Source: Dicyema japonicum (taxonomy: Eukaryota > Animalia > Dicyemida). Taken from it: 64,000 bases of DNA. This document shows, piece by piece, positions 1-12,581 of this stretch (position 1 is the stretch's first letter; each line of letters begins with the position of its first letter). The translations under genes were made by a program, and so were the position numbers. The stretch covers positions 1 through 64,000 of the forward strand of contig RDEW01000056.1 of the NCBI GenBank assembly GCA_011109175.1, read 5' to 3'. Below the pieces are notes generated by a model. The model ran no database searches. It had not been told where the DNA came from and saw only the letters and a program-made list of their open reading frames with translations.

Positions 1-600
1 ATCAAAGCTAGAATGAATACTCACAGAAGAACACCTTTCGTGATTTATAGATTTGATCATGAAATAGCGAAACTAACCCTCGATATTAAATTATTAGCAG
101 AGGAATTGAATAGACTATTAAAGAACAGTAGAACTTGGAGAAGTCAATAGTCAAGGACGGAAATAGGTTGGATTGCAAAATTAGAGAAATAAGAGAATTG
201 AAGAGACAAGTTGATGGTTTGGAAACGAAAGTAAAAAATTAATAATAATTTAATAAACAAACCAAGTCCTCTAATTCAGCCTGTAAATGACTTAAGAAAT
301 CACATAATTAGAAATAAGTCAAGAAAGAAATTGATAGATTGTCGTGGGTTTGAATCCTAAAGATAGACTTTTCAGCGAAGGTCAATTCTCTTCAACCAGA
401 TTTCACCCGTGAGGTGACGAGTCATTCTGGCACAACACACATGCCGAAAAGATCTTTCTACCTACTTCATGATCAAATTCACTTTTCATATGAAAACTCT
501 TACACTTAATAATGAAGTGAAGTCTCAGACGATAGGACGTGTAATGAAAATGAAAGATGGTTGACCTACTTCACCTAAGAATTAGTTATTCCAATTAAAT

Positions 601-780
601 TAAATTTATTCCAAAGACCAAGAGTAAACAAACTAACTAAATCTTCGATCTTGACTCGTTCCAGAACTTGTCTCCAGGTAACGGCATTGTCCCCTGGGAA
701 GAATAGTTGAATCCTCTTGATGCCGGCCACGCATTGGGCGTCTCCTCAATAAGGTGGGTCCAATAACACTATCAGAAAAA
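601..780 (-). mobile_element. 3'-terminal fragment of an Ingi/Vingi-like LINE
   Basis: Homologous to 35690-35885, 13128-13460 and 55010-55160 (shared ATGCCGGCCNNGCANTG core, TTAGTTAGTT 3' motif). The minus strand encodes a degenerate C-terminal Cys/His knuckle. Confidence 0.6.
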
Positions 781-1074
781 AAGGAAAATAATTTTGACAA
801 ACTATATGGCATATGTGGAATATAGATTAATTAGTTGTTTGTGTTGGGCTTACCAAAATTGTATGTTTGGGCCCAGCGATTTTAAATTCAAACCATAAAT
901 TAAATTGTAACACCTTGACGAAGTATATCTCTTCATAGTAAATCCCGGATCTGGAGAGAAACTTGACCATGAAAGACTTCTCTCATACTCTACAGATGTC
1001 GCATATTCAAAATGAAAGAATTTTCAGGTTAAATATTTAACTTTTTAAACTTAGTGGGTCTTGGTAAATGTTCA

Positions 1075-1695
1075 CTTTGAGTCACGCAAATAGAAGCTAT
1101 CGAGATACGCTCTCCAAACCATGCCAAATGGATCCTTGGTTACCCTTTGATCATTGAGCCGATCAGAATAATTAGATCGTCGGCTTGTGGGCAAAGGATT
1201 CCTGACGTCTCAACTGAAAATAGGAAAAACAAATGATCCCCGAATTATTTCTGTACTTCCTTCTCTTCTGAACCTCGGCTTGCTTATATGTATGACCTGA
1301 ATCCGAGACTGAAGCAGTCGAATTTTTCTGAGACTATGTATCAACACACGTAGAGTCCCAAACCAAGTTCAACCATTATCAAAAAGGAATGTTGCCAACC
1401 CGATAGGACGTTTTGCCATCGTCTCGGGTAGACAGTTGGCTTCAAAATGATGGTGGCCAGAAAGTGCGTTTTTCAACTTCACGTTGAAACAGGCATGCCT
1501 CGGAAAGCGGTCAAAGCTCGACTTGCATGAAAGTGGATGGTAGCTATAAGGATCGATCAAACCTCCACAACAACATTTTCGCTCTCACACACTTTAAGAC
1601 CAAAACTTAGCGAGGCGACTATTCTCACTGCCTCATCATCCAGCAGGTTGACAATCTTGGCACAAGGATGGAAGATCAGTCAGGCAGCCCCCTCA
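1075..1695 (-). mobile_element. CRE-clade non-LTR retrotransposon, 3' RLE fragment
   Basis: Frameshifted translation LGLKVCE..CCCGGLIDPYSYHPLSCKSS..RFPRH...(WD)STCVDT...VETSGIL...ERISIA matches the CRE zinc finger plus restriction-like endonuclease end. Confidence 0.7.
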
Positions 1696-1970
1696 TAATT
1701 TATAAAACCTCATTTTATTTATTGAAATGATTAAATAAATGAATTTTTGATTAAAGTCATTGTCCCGGCTTCATAACTCAGTTATTAATGAGTAAACTTG
1801 ACGTATGGGAGATCAAAGTCTTTTAAACGAATGGCCACTATTTTCACCTCCAATAAACGTGGACTAATGTTGCGTTAAAAAAATTATGAAAAGGAATATT
1901 ATAAATTTAAAAATGTCAAATTTGTTAGTTATTCAAATAAAGTATTAATGTGATGAGAATGATGTTCTCT

Positions 1971-4224
1971 CTACAAATTATAATTATACAAACTCATTTT
2001 TAAGCTTCCGAAAGATTTAAAGAGATTCAATGAAGGAAATTTTCTTCTAAAAGAAAGTGAAAAGAGTAACTTGAATCGAATATAAAGAGTAAGAGAAACA
2101 GCGAATATTGCTAGTATTCCAAAAAATAACCCAACTCCGATAGCAGTTTTGTTGACTGTACTTTCTGAAATATAATAAATTAAAATACTTGACTGACCCG
2201 AAACTGTTTTGTTGGTCGTATGTTGACTGGTAGTTTGTGATGTCGATGTACTTGGTTCATTTATTGTATAACAAACAGGGATGTTGTATTCATTACAATA
2301 TTCAGTTTTCCAAGTTCCGTTGATTAGAATCACAATACAAGCAAGTTCTTCATCAAGAGGAAGAGGTTGATCAACCCCCAATTTGGAGTCATCTAATTAT
2401 ATAACACTATAAACTGGAGTAGGGCCATTATTCCAAATAATTTTATCATTCCACATTAAACGGTGATTAATATAAAATCCATTAAATAAAATTTCTAAAT
2501 TTGGATACAAAGTACCATTTAGATAGAATTAACAATATTGAAGAGATGGGAGTAAGTAAAGTTTTATTTTGGTGATAACAAAGATGATGAGCTTCATGAA
2601 AAGTCATTGGTATTGCATATATGTAAATACTATATTTGCCAATATTTATATTTCTTCTATATTCTTCCTTAACTGAAATATTCATAAATTATAAACTGTA
2701 TCTATGATTACTACAGTCGGATATTGCATTCGTCTTTACATCTACCAATAATCCACGTTTACTTTTGTTTGCCTTTTTAATGCATGCAAATTTCGAGGGT
2801 AACATTCATTATTTCCATCTCCCACTTTTAAAGTCCTGGTAGACACATTTTTTATTACTATTCTTAATGGGGTATCCATCAGCCCAGTTTGTGTAATTCT
2901 TTGATTAATAATAAATTAACTGAATAAATTAGATTATTAGGAGATAAAATCCCCTTCACAAAGTATTCCCCAAAATTAAGCTGAATTGAATAATCGATGT
3001 TTTCTTTGTTAACATAATTTTTACCAGAAAAATACAATTTTCCATGGAATTCCTAGCCACATAAATAATAGCTCGTCTATAGTCACAAATGGCCTTAGCC
3101 TCCCCGTAGGATACGTCAATATCATAAATATAATAGGTGGACTGATTGAATGTAAATATTTGTGAGAAATAATCTACATTTAATGTTGAATGTACATTTT
3201 CTGTTTGTCGAGTTGCAAAAGACATGTTTTGGGTTGTCATAAACTTTGTCGGTCTCACATACAAAATATGACTTAATTCCGTTGCAGTCTGAACTCTGAA
3301 ATTCTCCGTTCAATTTCGTCCTCACAACACACTCTTCGGAAGTGGGGTTATTATCACTCCATGGTAAATATCTCTATAATTTAAATGTCGGCTAAAACAG
3401 CGACATAGTTTTTTTCAGTCCAAAAAGTATACATATCATTAGTTATTCCTATAAAATGGTTGCCCAATAAGTATTCTACAATAATACACGAAATTACCGT
3501 GAAATGCACAATTTTCTTCCCCATCATTGGGAATAAACAAATACCCATCATGATCATTGTGACATATTCTTCTCACTTTTCCATAGTCACGTTTTACCTG
3601 ATATATGTAATATGTATGACGACGGTAAGTTAAGACATAGTCTGGCTGTACTATTTGCTATATCCACCAATTACTATTTATTAGTTTTCCCCCAGTTATA
3701 TTTATTCCATTTGAAGATATGGTATCTAGGGTTTATTTCCTCATATACCGCTGTAATATCCACTTCCATACCAGTTTACTGGATTCCATTTTGCGCTAAT
3801 GGCCTCTAATTTTGCATAATCATCCCAATCTTTTCGGGTAAATTTCCAATTTGTGTAATTCTTTTTTATTAACTTTATATTACCAATTTTTGGTTAGTAT
3901 GGTAACTTTTCCATTTATTCCAATAATATTTTACTCCAATAATGTGATCAACTCTGAGAGTGCCTATATAAATATAATTATAATACTTGCGATTACGTTA
4001 TTTTCATTTTCATCACTTATGTCGATGGGGTACCAATCTCCATTGCACCTCTTTTCAATATAGTCTGGATGTAATATTTCATCAAAAGAAAGAGCATATG
4101 AGTGATTGTTGTAATTATAGATCACTTTGTTTTGAATCTTATAATTTAGAATTTGTTACTTCTAAAAGAAAATAAGACCAAAAGAATTGTAATTTTTGCA
4201 AAATTCAATTATTCTACGCTCCAT
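1971..4224 (-). CDS. Multi-domain C-type lectin receptor (mannose-receptor-like type I membrane protein), spliced, with indels
   Basis: CTLD motifs in several ORFs: PWSDNNPTSEECVVRTKLNGEFQSSDCNGIKSYFVCE, YYIYDIDVSYGEAKAIC, PMTFHEAHHLC, ACIVILINGTWKTEYCNEYNIPVC. These are followed by an S/T-rich stalk and TM helix TAIGVGLFFGILAIFAVSLTLYI. Repeated ~22-nt GT..AG introns. The start codon is tentative. Confidence 0.8.
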
Positions 4225-6714
4225 TAATAAAATTGATATTTTTTCCTTTTATAACGTCTTTTGTTATTTATTAATGTCCTTGTAATTAGTAAAGTAATTT
4301 ATTAAAAATTAAGTAGATATTTAGTATCGTACCCTCAGTCAATCTACTGCAACTTTCAACGTCAGAAGGATCAGTTCGAACACTTAACAGATCTCATGAA
4401 GGATTCGGAAAGATACAAATTAGCCCTGGCATGACTGCAAAGGTGAATGTGAAAGTAGATCAGGACGTACGCAATTATCGGTAAATACAACTACCATTCG
4501 ACTGTCGTCATTATGGAATGTTTTTGCAGTATTACTTGTCATCCAATTGGATGTGCATAAGAAATCGATTAATGTGCATGCTTAACACATAGGTAGATTA
4601 ACAACTTCAATGAGTTTGAAGATTTTTATTCCAGCCTGAAATATACTCTCAACTTTTTTTATATAGACTAGAATTCCAAAGTGGGAATAAAATGTATTGG
4701 TGAAAACTGCATTGAAAACCACGAAAGGGATTATCGTAACTTATTGATAACTTCTGCAATGACTAAGATTTGTTTCTGTTCAACACGCCTTTTTCATTAT
4801 GATGCAAAACCACACAGGTAATAAAATATCTTAAACCATTAAAAATATTATTTTAGACCAAATTGACTATCAAACCTAACTATCACGTGATCCCGATATG
4901 TTCGAATAAAGTCCTCATCATGCAAGATGTTCCTCTCTCGATCCCACACATGTACGTATCGGGGCGATCACAAGATAGTCAGTTAACTGAAACTCCGAAA
5001 GCTTTATAGAATAATTTATTAACCAGTTCTATTCCAGAAAGTTAACATCATTTTTAATATTTTTTAAAAATGAAAGTTTCTGTTATTCATATATTTGCTT
5101 ATTTTCGACCAAAAATATTTGCGTATGAAAAATCTTACTACCTAGTGTTTTACTCCCAGTGCCTTAGCTAACAGAAAAGTGACAACCAAAAGAGGAAGCT
5201 ATAGGGATCAGTTAGATATTTCTGGTATGACGCAGAAATTAAGGAGGAACAGGACAAGCGAAGTGATCCGTGGCAACTTGAAGGCAGAAACATATTATAA
5301 ACCATAAACCACAATAATAACCAATAAACCAGTAACACCCATTTTCCAGAATTTAAAAACGAATCTTTAATTTGAGAATCAATATCCGACAAAATAGAAA
5401 GTGATTTGCTACCCTGTGCAAGCAGTGCAACTCTCAACAATACACAGCCACGACGTGTCTTATGAGAAGAGTATAATCACCCCAATTACTATTCCCCAAA
5501 CCATGTTGCGTTGGATCCCAGAAGGCGCTCGAGGATAGGATGAGAAATCTGATTAAAAAATAATAAATAGGTTACTACCCCTTAGTGATGAATGTGACAC
5601 ATTGTCTGCCTTTTCTAATATTGGTGGACAATCCAATAAAAGTCAGATATCCAAGTGTCGTGGGTTAGAATCAGCTTCAATCAAAGCTGAAGAAATTGAG
5701 TTTAATCTGCTTCATGAAGAGCGGATGATCTATAGGTTCCAAATATTCTATAGTAATAAATATCAGAGTATCTTAAATTAGGTCATTTAAATATATGTCT
5801 ACAAATGGGATAAAATATTTTTTCGACCTTCTAGTCGTTATTGTTGTCGTAATGCCGAAAAACAAAATTTCCGATGTCAAAAGAGTTTTTTATTGTCAAT
5901 AAATATCCAAAAGAATTTTCTTTATCAATGGAAGGAAAATTGTTTTGTTAATTTATGTGTAACTTTTAAGATCAATGGTTTATCAAAAAACAGACAAACT
6001 CAAAAGCATATTACAGGTATGCGAAATACGAAAATACATTACAAAATTATATTAAAATGATGTTTTGCTATGATCCTGCAGAGACAGTTTTATCTGCTAA
6101 TATACCGCTTTATAAGCTACGAAATCCTGCAATCATCGACAAATATGGTCATTCTGTTCTTTCGGAAACCTTGACATTGAAAGTTTCTTGATGGTTTCAT
6201 TGAAACAATTTAAAATCAGAACATTGTTTTAATAATAGATGATCACAATATTGAAACTATTTTATTTAAAACTTTGTAATGCAAAAAATGTCTTTTAGAA
6301 AACATTAAAAATGTCAATGATGTAATGCTCATTACCTCAATAAGAAGATATAAGGAAAAAATTAAAGATAATAAAAAGAAGCAATTTGGAATTGAGCATT
6401 ACTTTAATTAATTTTTAATATTTTTTTCTTGATTAATAAAATTGTTTCCCTTAAAAATATAATTTATTATAGTTAATTTTTCAATAATGTAATTAAATTA
6501 ACACAGCCAACGATCAAAAGTGGACCCCGCCGACATTATATTTTTTATTAGTAAATTGACTTAAATTTTAAATAAAATTACTACAAAGTGGATATAATAA
6601 TTATTGAATAAATTCTGAAATCTGCTATTTCTCAAATTTGCCACAAAAAAAGTCGGAAACAAGATTATATCTTTTTAAAATAATTAGGTCAAAAAATGTA
6701 TATAAATTTATTAA

Positions 6715-7020
6715 AATCTTGTCTGGGACTTTACCACACCGACACATTTTTCTCTTGCAACCTACTCCAAAGTTGTTCTGTGGCTGAGAAGGTCGAGAAG
6801 ATGAAACGGGAAAAATACGCGGTCTTACCCAAGGCTTTTTGTTTGCTCCATTCGTCGTTGAGACGTCTGGTTCCCTTGCGGCTGCGACGATGGAATTCGT
6901 AAGTCTTCTAGGGAATTGGATCGCTACAAAAACAGGAGATTCTCGTGAGCGCTGCTGGTTATTTGAGCGAATCTCGCTATCCTGAGAGGGAATAGCCACG
7001 CAGTCAGGGCAGCCTCTATA
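6715..7020 (+). mobile_element. CRE-clade retrotransposon C-terminal fragment
   Basis: AEKVEKMKREKYAVL...FAPFVVETSGSL...GDSRERCWLFERISLS..RGNSHAVRAAS is the CRE RLE C-terminus. Confidence 0.75.
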
Positions 7021-7590
7021 TAACCGTTTACTCTCTTTTCTTTAATTTTAAAAACTAATTTAAGTAATAAAATAAAAAATATTTAAACCTATTAAAAATC
7101 CACTTAACTTTTCACGATAATTTCCTAAGTCGATAACAATTTATCAGGCTTCATCAGAAAAGAAAATGGTTGTTCCTCTGAGATCGAACCTATGGCCTCT
7201 AATGGAGAGAATGGTATATGGATAGACTATTGGGCTCTCACTCTGACCGCGTGAAATGGACATAATTATACGTAAATTAACTGTACACCTATTTCCACTA
7301 TATTCGGGTTATTAACTAAATAAAGCAACATGTAATTAACTTTTCATTGAATTTTAATTCTCCATTTACATTTTCATTAATAAAAAATATCGGCCATATC
7401 TCTGATAACGCAATCTTACTCCCAGTCGTCTCTTGGAAACGGATAATATAAAAGTAACAAAGAGGACGCAGAGATTAGATAAATAAATGGGAGAATGAAG
7501 ACGTCTTAATATTATTAAACCTCTTAATCTTTGAGTAAATCAAACCATTTAAAATATTAGATGTTAACTCGAAATTTAGAATCATTCAAG

Positions 7591-10500
7591 TTATTTGTCA
7601 CTGCGGAAAAATATGTTCATAACCAATTCTTTCATGTTTTCCCAAATAAAAATTAATAATAAAATCCAATATGACTGATTTTCTAGTTCATCAAAGGTTT
7701 CGTTAACCTCATGATTAGTGTCAGATACAGTTAATGTTGTATTTCGAAGTCTACTAATTGATTTCTCAGGATCATCCACATTATCTGATAGCGTTGGCAG
7801 TGACTTATTTTGCGTAGAAACTTCACCCAAGATTGAAAAATCAAAAGTTGATGCATCCTCAAATTGTCTTGGAATATTCTCTAACAGCTGTGGAATAAAC
7901 TGTTGGGAGATGAGATGTCCTTTGATTGTATATGAATATTGTTATTCATGGATGAAACTTCATTAACGGTAGTGTATTGACCAAAAGTCAAGATATCTTC
8001 TGATTGCTTTGCAATAGTTTCTTTCTCTGATGAAATTTGATCACAGCTGAGCTGTCCTGTAATTAATACGTTATCGGATTGTTAGGATTAGTTTCTACTA
8101 ACGTTGAAATTTCATTAATGCTAATGTGTTGCTCAATTATTTGAATATTTTGAGATTGTTCTATACCTAATTGATCACTAATAAGCTCGGGAGTTATTGT
8201 TTCTCCAATTTCTCAGTAATATTTTCCTTCAATGGTAAAATTTGATCATCGATTAGCTGAACAGGAGTTAAAGCGTCATCAGATTGTATAGGAATAGTAA
8301 TCGACTGATGTGAACTTATATCACTGTTAACGAACTGTCCAAGAGTTGAGACGTCCTCTGATCGTTTCGTAATATTTCTTTCATTAGTGAACTTTGATCA
8401 CAAATAAAAAGTTCGGGAGTTGTGGATTTCTCCAATTGCTCAATAATATTTTCTTTTAGTGGTGAAATTTGATCATCAGTGAGCTGCTCGGGAGTTGTGG
8501 TGGTCTCCAATTTCTCAATAATATTTTCTTTAGTGGTGAATTTTGATCACAGTGAGTTCGGGAGTTGTGGTGGTCTCCAATTTCTCAATAATATTTTCTT
8601 TTAGTGGTGAAATTTGATCATCAGTGAGCTGCTCGGGAGTTGTGGTGGTCTCCAATTGCTCAATAATATTTTCTTTTAGTGGTGAAATTTGATCATCAGT
8701 GAGCTGCTCGGGAGTTGTGGTTCTCCAATTTCTCAATAATATTTTCTTTTAGTGGTGAAATTTGATCATCAGTGAGCTGCTCGGGAGTTGTGGATTTCTC
8801 CAATTGCTCAATAATATTTTCTTTTAGTGGTGAAATTTGATCATCAGTGAGCTGCTCGGGAGTTGTGGATTTCTCCAATTGCTCAATAATATTTTCTTTT
8901 AGTGGTGAATTTGATTATTGGTGAGTTGTTGGGGAGTTGTAATGTCATCAGAAGGTGAATATTCTCTCTCAGGTGCCTGATAAGTTAAAAAAGTTTGATG
9001 AAAAATCTTCAAAGTTGTGTTCTATATATTTATTGTAATTTACCAAATTCCATTCCATGTGACTGCCTCCAATAATTGTTTCCTGGTGGTTTTCTCTTAC
9101 CTTCCAATCTCTAACATTATTAAAATGCAAACTGAGAATATCACATTCCTAACGCTCTCAGACAATATACACGTCTCAAATATTTCTGCGGGCTCCACAT
9201 TTTTGTGTTTATATACTCCAGTGAATGTCTTCGATAAGTCGAGATTGAGTTTCCCAGAGAGTTCTTTTATTTTTCCAGATTTAGCTTTCTTTAACTCAAA
9301 TTTTGACATTTTGACATCGTCAGGTTTTTTAGTTTCTTTTAACAGTGAATTTTTACAATTCCTCATTAATCGTTCAGAAGTGGAGGCGGTCTCTTTTACT
9401 TTGTTCTCTGTCGATGGAGAAATTTGAACACCGCTAACGAACTGTCTGGGAGTAAAGACGTTCTCCGATTTTGTAGCAACAGTTTCTTTAAATGTTAAAA
9501 TTTTATCAACTAGTTTGCTGTTTGATCCGATCATCATATTGTTTAAAAATATTATTTTTCAATGGTGAATTGCTGTCATTAGTTTCAACGTTCTCCAATT
9601 GTGATATATTTTCTTTCAATGGTGAACTTTGATAACTGCTCATAAATCGTCCAGGAGTTGAAACGTTATCTTGTTGCCTAGAAATTGTTTCTGTTGATGG
9701 TGACATTCGATCAGTGTTAATGAACCGTTTGGGAGTTACAATGTTTGCTGATCGTCTGGTAATATTTTCATTCAACTGTGGACTTTCATCCGACATGTAA
9801 AAACTGCATGATGCGAAATCTTCAAACTTGCATTCTACATATTCATTATAGGTTACCAAATTCGATTCCGGCTTCCCGTGACATGTTCCAGTAATCATTT
9901 CCCGGTAGTCTTTTTTTACCTTTCGATCTCTAACTTTATTACAAAATAAACTGAAAATATAACGTTTTTTATGCCATCGGATAATCCCAACGTTTCCAAT
10001 ATTTTTGAGGATTCCATTTTTTTGCGTATATTTACTCCACTGAATGAGTTCGATAAATCAAGATTGAGTTTTCCTGAGAGTTCTTTTATTTTATCAGATT
10101 TAGTTTTCTTTAATTCAAATCCAGGCATTTTGACACTCTCCGGTTGTTTAATAATAGTTTCCTTCAATTGTGTATCTTGATAACTGCTTATTCGTTCAGG
10201 AGCTATAATAGCTTCCCTCAATGGTGAACTTTGATAACCACTAGTGATCTGTTCAGGAGTTGGAGCGTTCCCTCGTTTCTTTGAGACAGAAATATTTCCC
10301 TGTTGCTTAGAAATAGATTCCGCTGATGGAGAATTTTGATAGCTGCTAATGAATTGTTCAGGAGTTGGAGCATTCACTCGTTTTTTTGAAATAGGTTTAG
10401 TCGATGGTAAAGTTTTATCACAGCTGAACCGTTGGGGACTTGAAACAGTTTCTGTAGATGGTGAAACTTGATATCCCCTAATAGTTGAGACGTTCTTAGA

Positions 10501-11123
10501 TTGAGGAGTAGTGTTCTCTATAAATATCAAAATTAATATTACTAGTTAATTGTTTGACCATATCACGTTTAGGAGTGTTTATTTTCAATGGTGAAATTCG
10601 ATCACTTCTTACATCCTCCGGTTGTTTCACAACTGTTTCCGTGGATGGTGAATTTTGATGACTACTAATGGACCCTCCAGGGGGTGAGGAATTTTCAGGT
10701 TGTTTGATAATAGTTTCTGTAAATGGTGAAATTCGATCACTACTCGTTAACTGTTTGATAACGTCATCATATTGTTTAGGAGTATTCCTTTTCGGTGAAA
10801 TTTTATCCGTTGGGTAAAAACAGTTTGTAGACAAATCATTTAATTTGTATTCTGCATTTTGATTAGAAATTACCAAAATCGATTCCACTTTCCCGTGAAC
10901 CATTCGAGTCATCCTTTTCTGGTCCTTTCCTTTTACCAACCATTTTCTAACGTCACTACAATACAAACTGAGAAATGCTTCTCCTTCGTACTACTAAACA
11001 TATTGGAAGTCTCCAATGACTTGAAGATTCAATATTGAATGACTTGGAGAACCCAAGATTAAATTTCTCAGAAAGTTCTTTAACTCTGCCAGATTTAGCT
11101 TTCTTAAACTCAAAATTTGACAT
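7591..11123 (-). CDS. Large low-complexity S/T-P-rich protein built from three duplicated modules plus a 25-aa repeat array; function unknown
   Basis: ATG at 11123 (MSNFEFKKAKSGRVKELSEKFNL). The head motif recurs in frame at ~10150 and ~9310. Six 22-nt introns (10947-10968, 10852-10873, 9930-9951, 9835-9856, 9111-9132, 9022-9043) join the listed ORFs. Hydrophobic C-terminal stretch SYWILLLIFIW. Several homopolymer indels. Confidence 0.75.
8412..8945 (-). repeat. 75-bp coding minisatellite, ~7 copies (ETTTTPEQLTDDQISPLKENIIEQL)
   Basis: GGGAGTTGTGG recurs at 8415, 8490, 8560, 8635, 8710, 8783, 8858 and 8932. Confidence 0.95.
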
Positions 11124-11219
11124 TTTATATTTAAAACAAAATATTTTATTAATAATTTTAGAATTTTAAATTAAATTTAAATTAATAAAAAATAATCTAA
11201 ATAATCCCTTTACTAGAAA
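11124..11219. promoter_or_regulatory. Putative bidirectional promoter (96 bp) between the repeat-protein gene and AP2S1
   Basis: Two start codons head-to-head, separated by 96 bp of almost pure AT sequence. Confidence 0.45.
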
Positions 11220-11739
11220 ATGGTATATTTTTAATATTTTTTTAGATTAAATTTTTCCTCATCCAAAACATTTCAGGGATCACAAGAATCGCCCGTTGGT
11301 TTGGCCAATACGACAAGGAAGAGAAAAATAAACTGATAGATGACATTCACTGCGCTGTAACAATACGTGATTACAAGCAGTCTCGTTCATTCAGGTCATT
11401 TATTTCTTTTTAGTGTAAGTTTAGGGAAGATATACTTGTGTACAAGCGATATGTCAACCTCTTCTTTATCATTTGCATTGAACCAGAAGACAACTGTCTT
11501 ATTCACTATGAGGCAATCCGTGATTTTGTGATTGTCTTGGACATGTGTTTCCCATATGTGAAGGAAATTGACATTATATTCAATTTTATTGAGGTGAGTG
11601 TCCTTCTTATGCCTAGGTCTATGCAATCGTCGATATAATGTTTCTCGGGGGATGTATAGCGGAAATGCAAAAAGACAAGATTGTAAATAAAATAAAACTT
11701 CTTTTTTCCTCCTCCAATATCAACTACGTTAACATTTAA
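11220..11739 (+). CDS. AP2S1: AP-2 adaptor complex sigma subunit
   Basis: Spliced translation MIKFFLIQNISGITRIARWFGQYDKEEKNKLIDDIHCAVTIRD...FREDILVYKRYVNLFFIICIEPEDNCLIHYEAI...IDIIFNFIEVYAIVDIMFLGG. Introns 11223-11245 (23 nt), 11395-11419 (25 nt), 11594-11616 (23 nt). One indel near 11383. Not listed as a full ORF in the track. Confidence 0.85.
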
Positions 11740-11958
11740 TAAATTATAATTCTCTTATCAATCGATTTCCCATAACTATTCTCTTTATCAGCATGACAAG
11801 CTTTTTTCATACGAGTTATGAGGGATGCAATTCTGTTTAAAGCAAAATAGATTGTCAAATAACCCTGAACTTTGTTTTGGTTCGTCAGTTTTTAAGTCAT
11901 CGTTTCCTAAGCTTATTAAGTCCTTAATTACATCCGTCATTATTAAGCTTATATTTAT

Positions 11959-12020
11959 TACAGTCCAACCCAGAAATGAGGAAGAAATTTTCCAATATTG
12001 AGATTTTCCTCAAAAATGAT
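11959..12020. mobile_element. Isolated Tigger/pogo terminal repeat (same family as 35519-36926)
   Basis: TA|CAGTCCAACCCAGAAATG is the reverse complement of the right end at 36880-36928 (CATTTCTGGGTCGGACTG|TA). Confidence 0.65.
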
Positions 12021-12089
12021 AGTCTTCTTAAATAGCAAAATAAAAAAATATGGAAAAATTACTTTTATAATAAAATTAATATAATATGT

Positions 12090-12470
12090 ATTATAACAAG
12101 ATTAGTTAGTAAATTGTGTGCTCTGCCTTAACAGAACTATAGATAATATGGCTCTGTCTATATGTGCACTTTTTAGTTACCTAGTTAAGTAATCCCAGCC
12201 TCACTAACCCGGCATTGTTGACGAACTTTGTGCTAATTCATGACATTCAAATAGGTGGTTTGTTGTCAACTCGTAGAGGTTGCAAAAAGGACAGAGGATA
12301 TCGTACATTGGTAGATAGGGGTGGTGCCCACATCGTAGACGAACCAGGTTTACTCGGACGTCCCTCGGAAGAGAAGATTCTGATTGGTCTATTTGGGAGA
12401 GGGGTCGTTGTAGTATTTTGTTGATGCTTCTCGTAGAAACAAAATCGTGTATCTGTTTCAGACAACTCCT
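12090..12470 (-). mobile_element. Vingi-like LINE 3' fragment
   Basis: Degenerate RL.CGHHP...C.FC..LTTNHLFEC knuckle; similar to 59140-59420. Confidence 0.6.
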
Positions 12471-12581
12471 ATTATTAAGGCTGGGAGGGATGGATGATAG
12501 TATTCAAGATCGGTTCACTGGTTGTCATAATTTTTCTTTTGTCTTGCGGTTTGCATAGAGAGTGGCAGGGATGGTCTAGGC

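Noticed and set aside
1-243. Possible 3' end of a coiled-coil protein gene (IREIRELKRQVDGLETKVKN*)
   Set aside because: Too short and frameshifted to support.
701-760. Recurrent ATGCCGGCC..GCANTGGGCGTC motif (also ~13305 and ~35820) considered as a structured RNA or ribozyme
   Set aside because: It is the antisense of the LINE C-terminal Cys-knuckle coding region; no hammerhead core was found.
4330-5760. Possible spliced plus-strand gene (ISPGMTAKVNVKV resembles ASH-domain cilia proteins)
   Set aside because: No consistent exon chain or convincing homology could be built by eye.
7160-7260. B-box-like GGTTCGATC on the minus strand (also T-arm-like GTCGTGGGTTTGAATCC at ~341)
   Set aside because: No A box or cloverleaf; at most decayed SINE heads.
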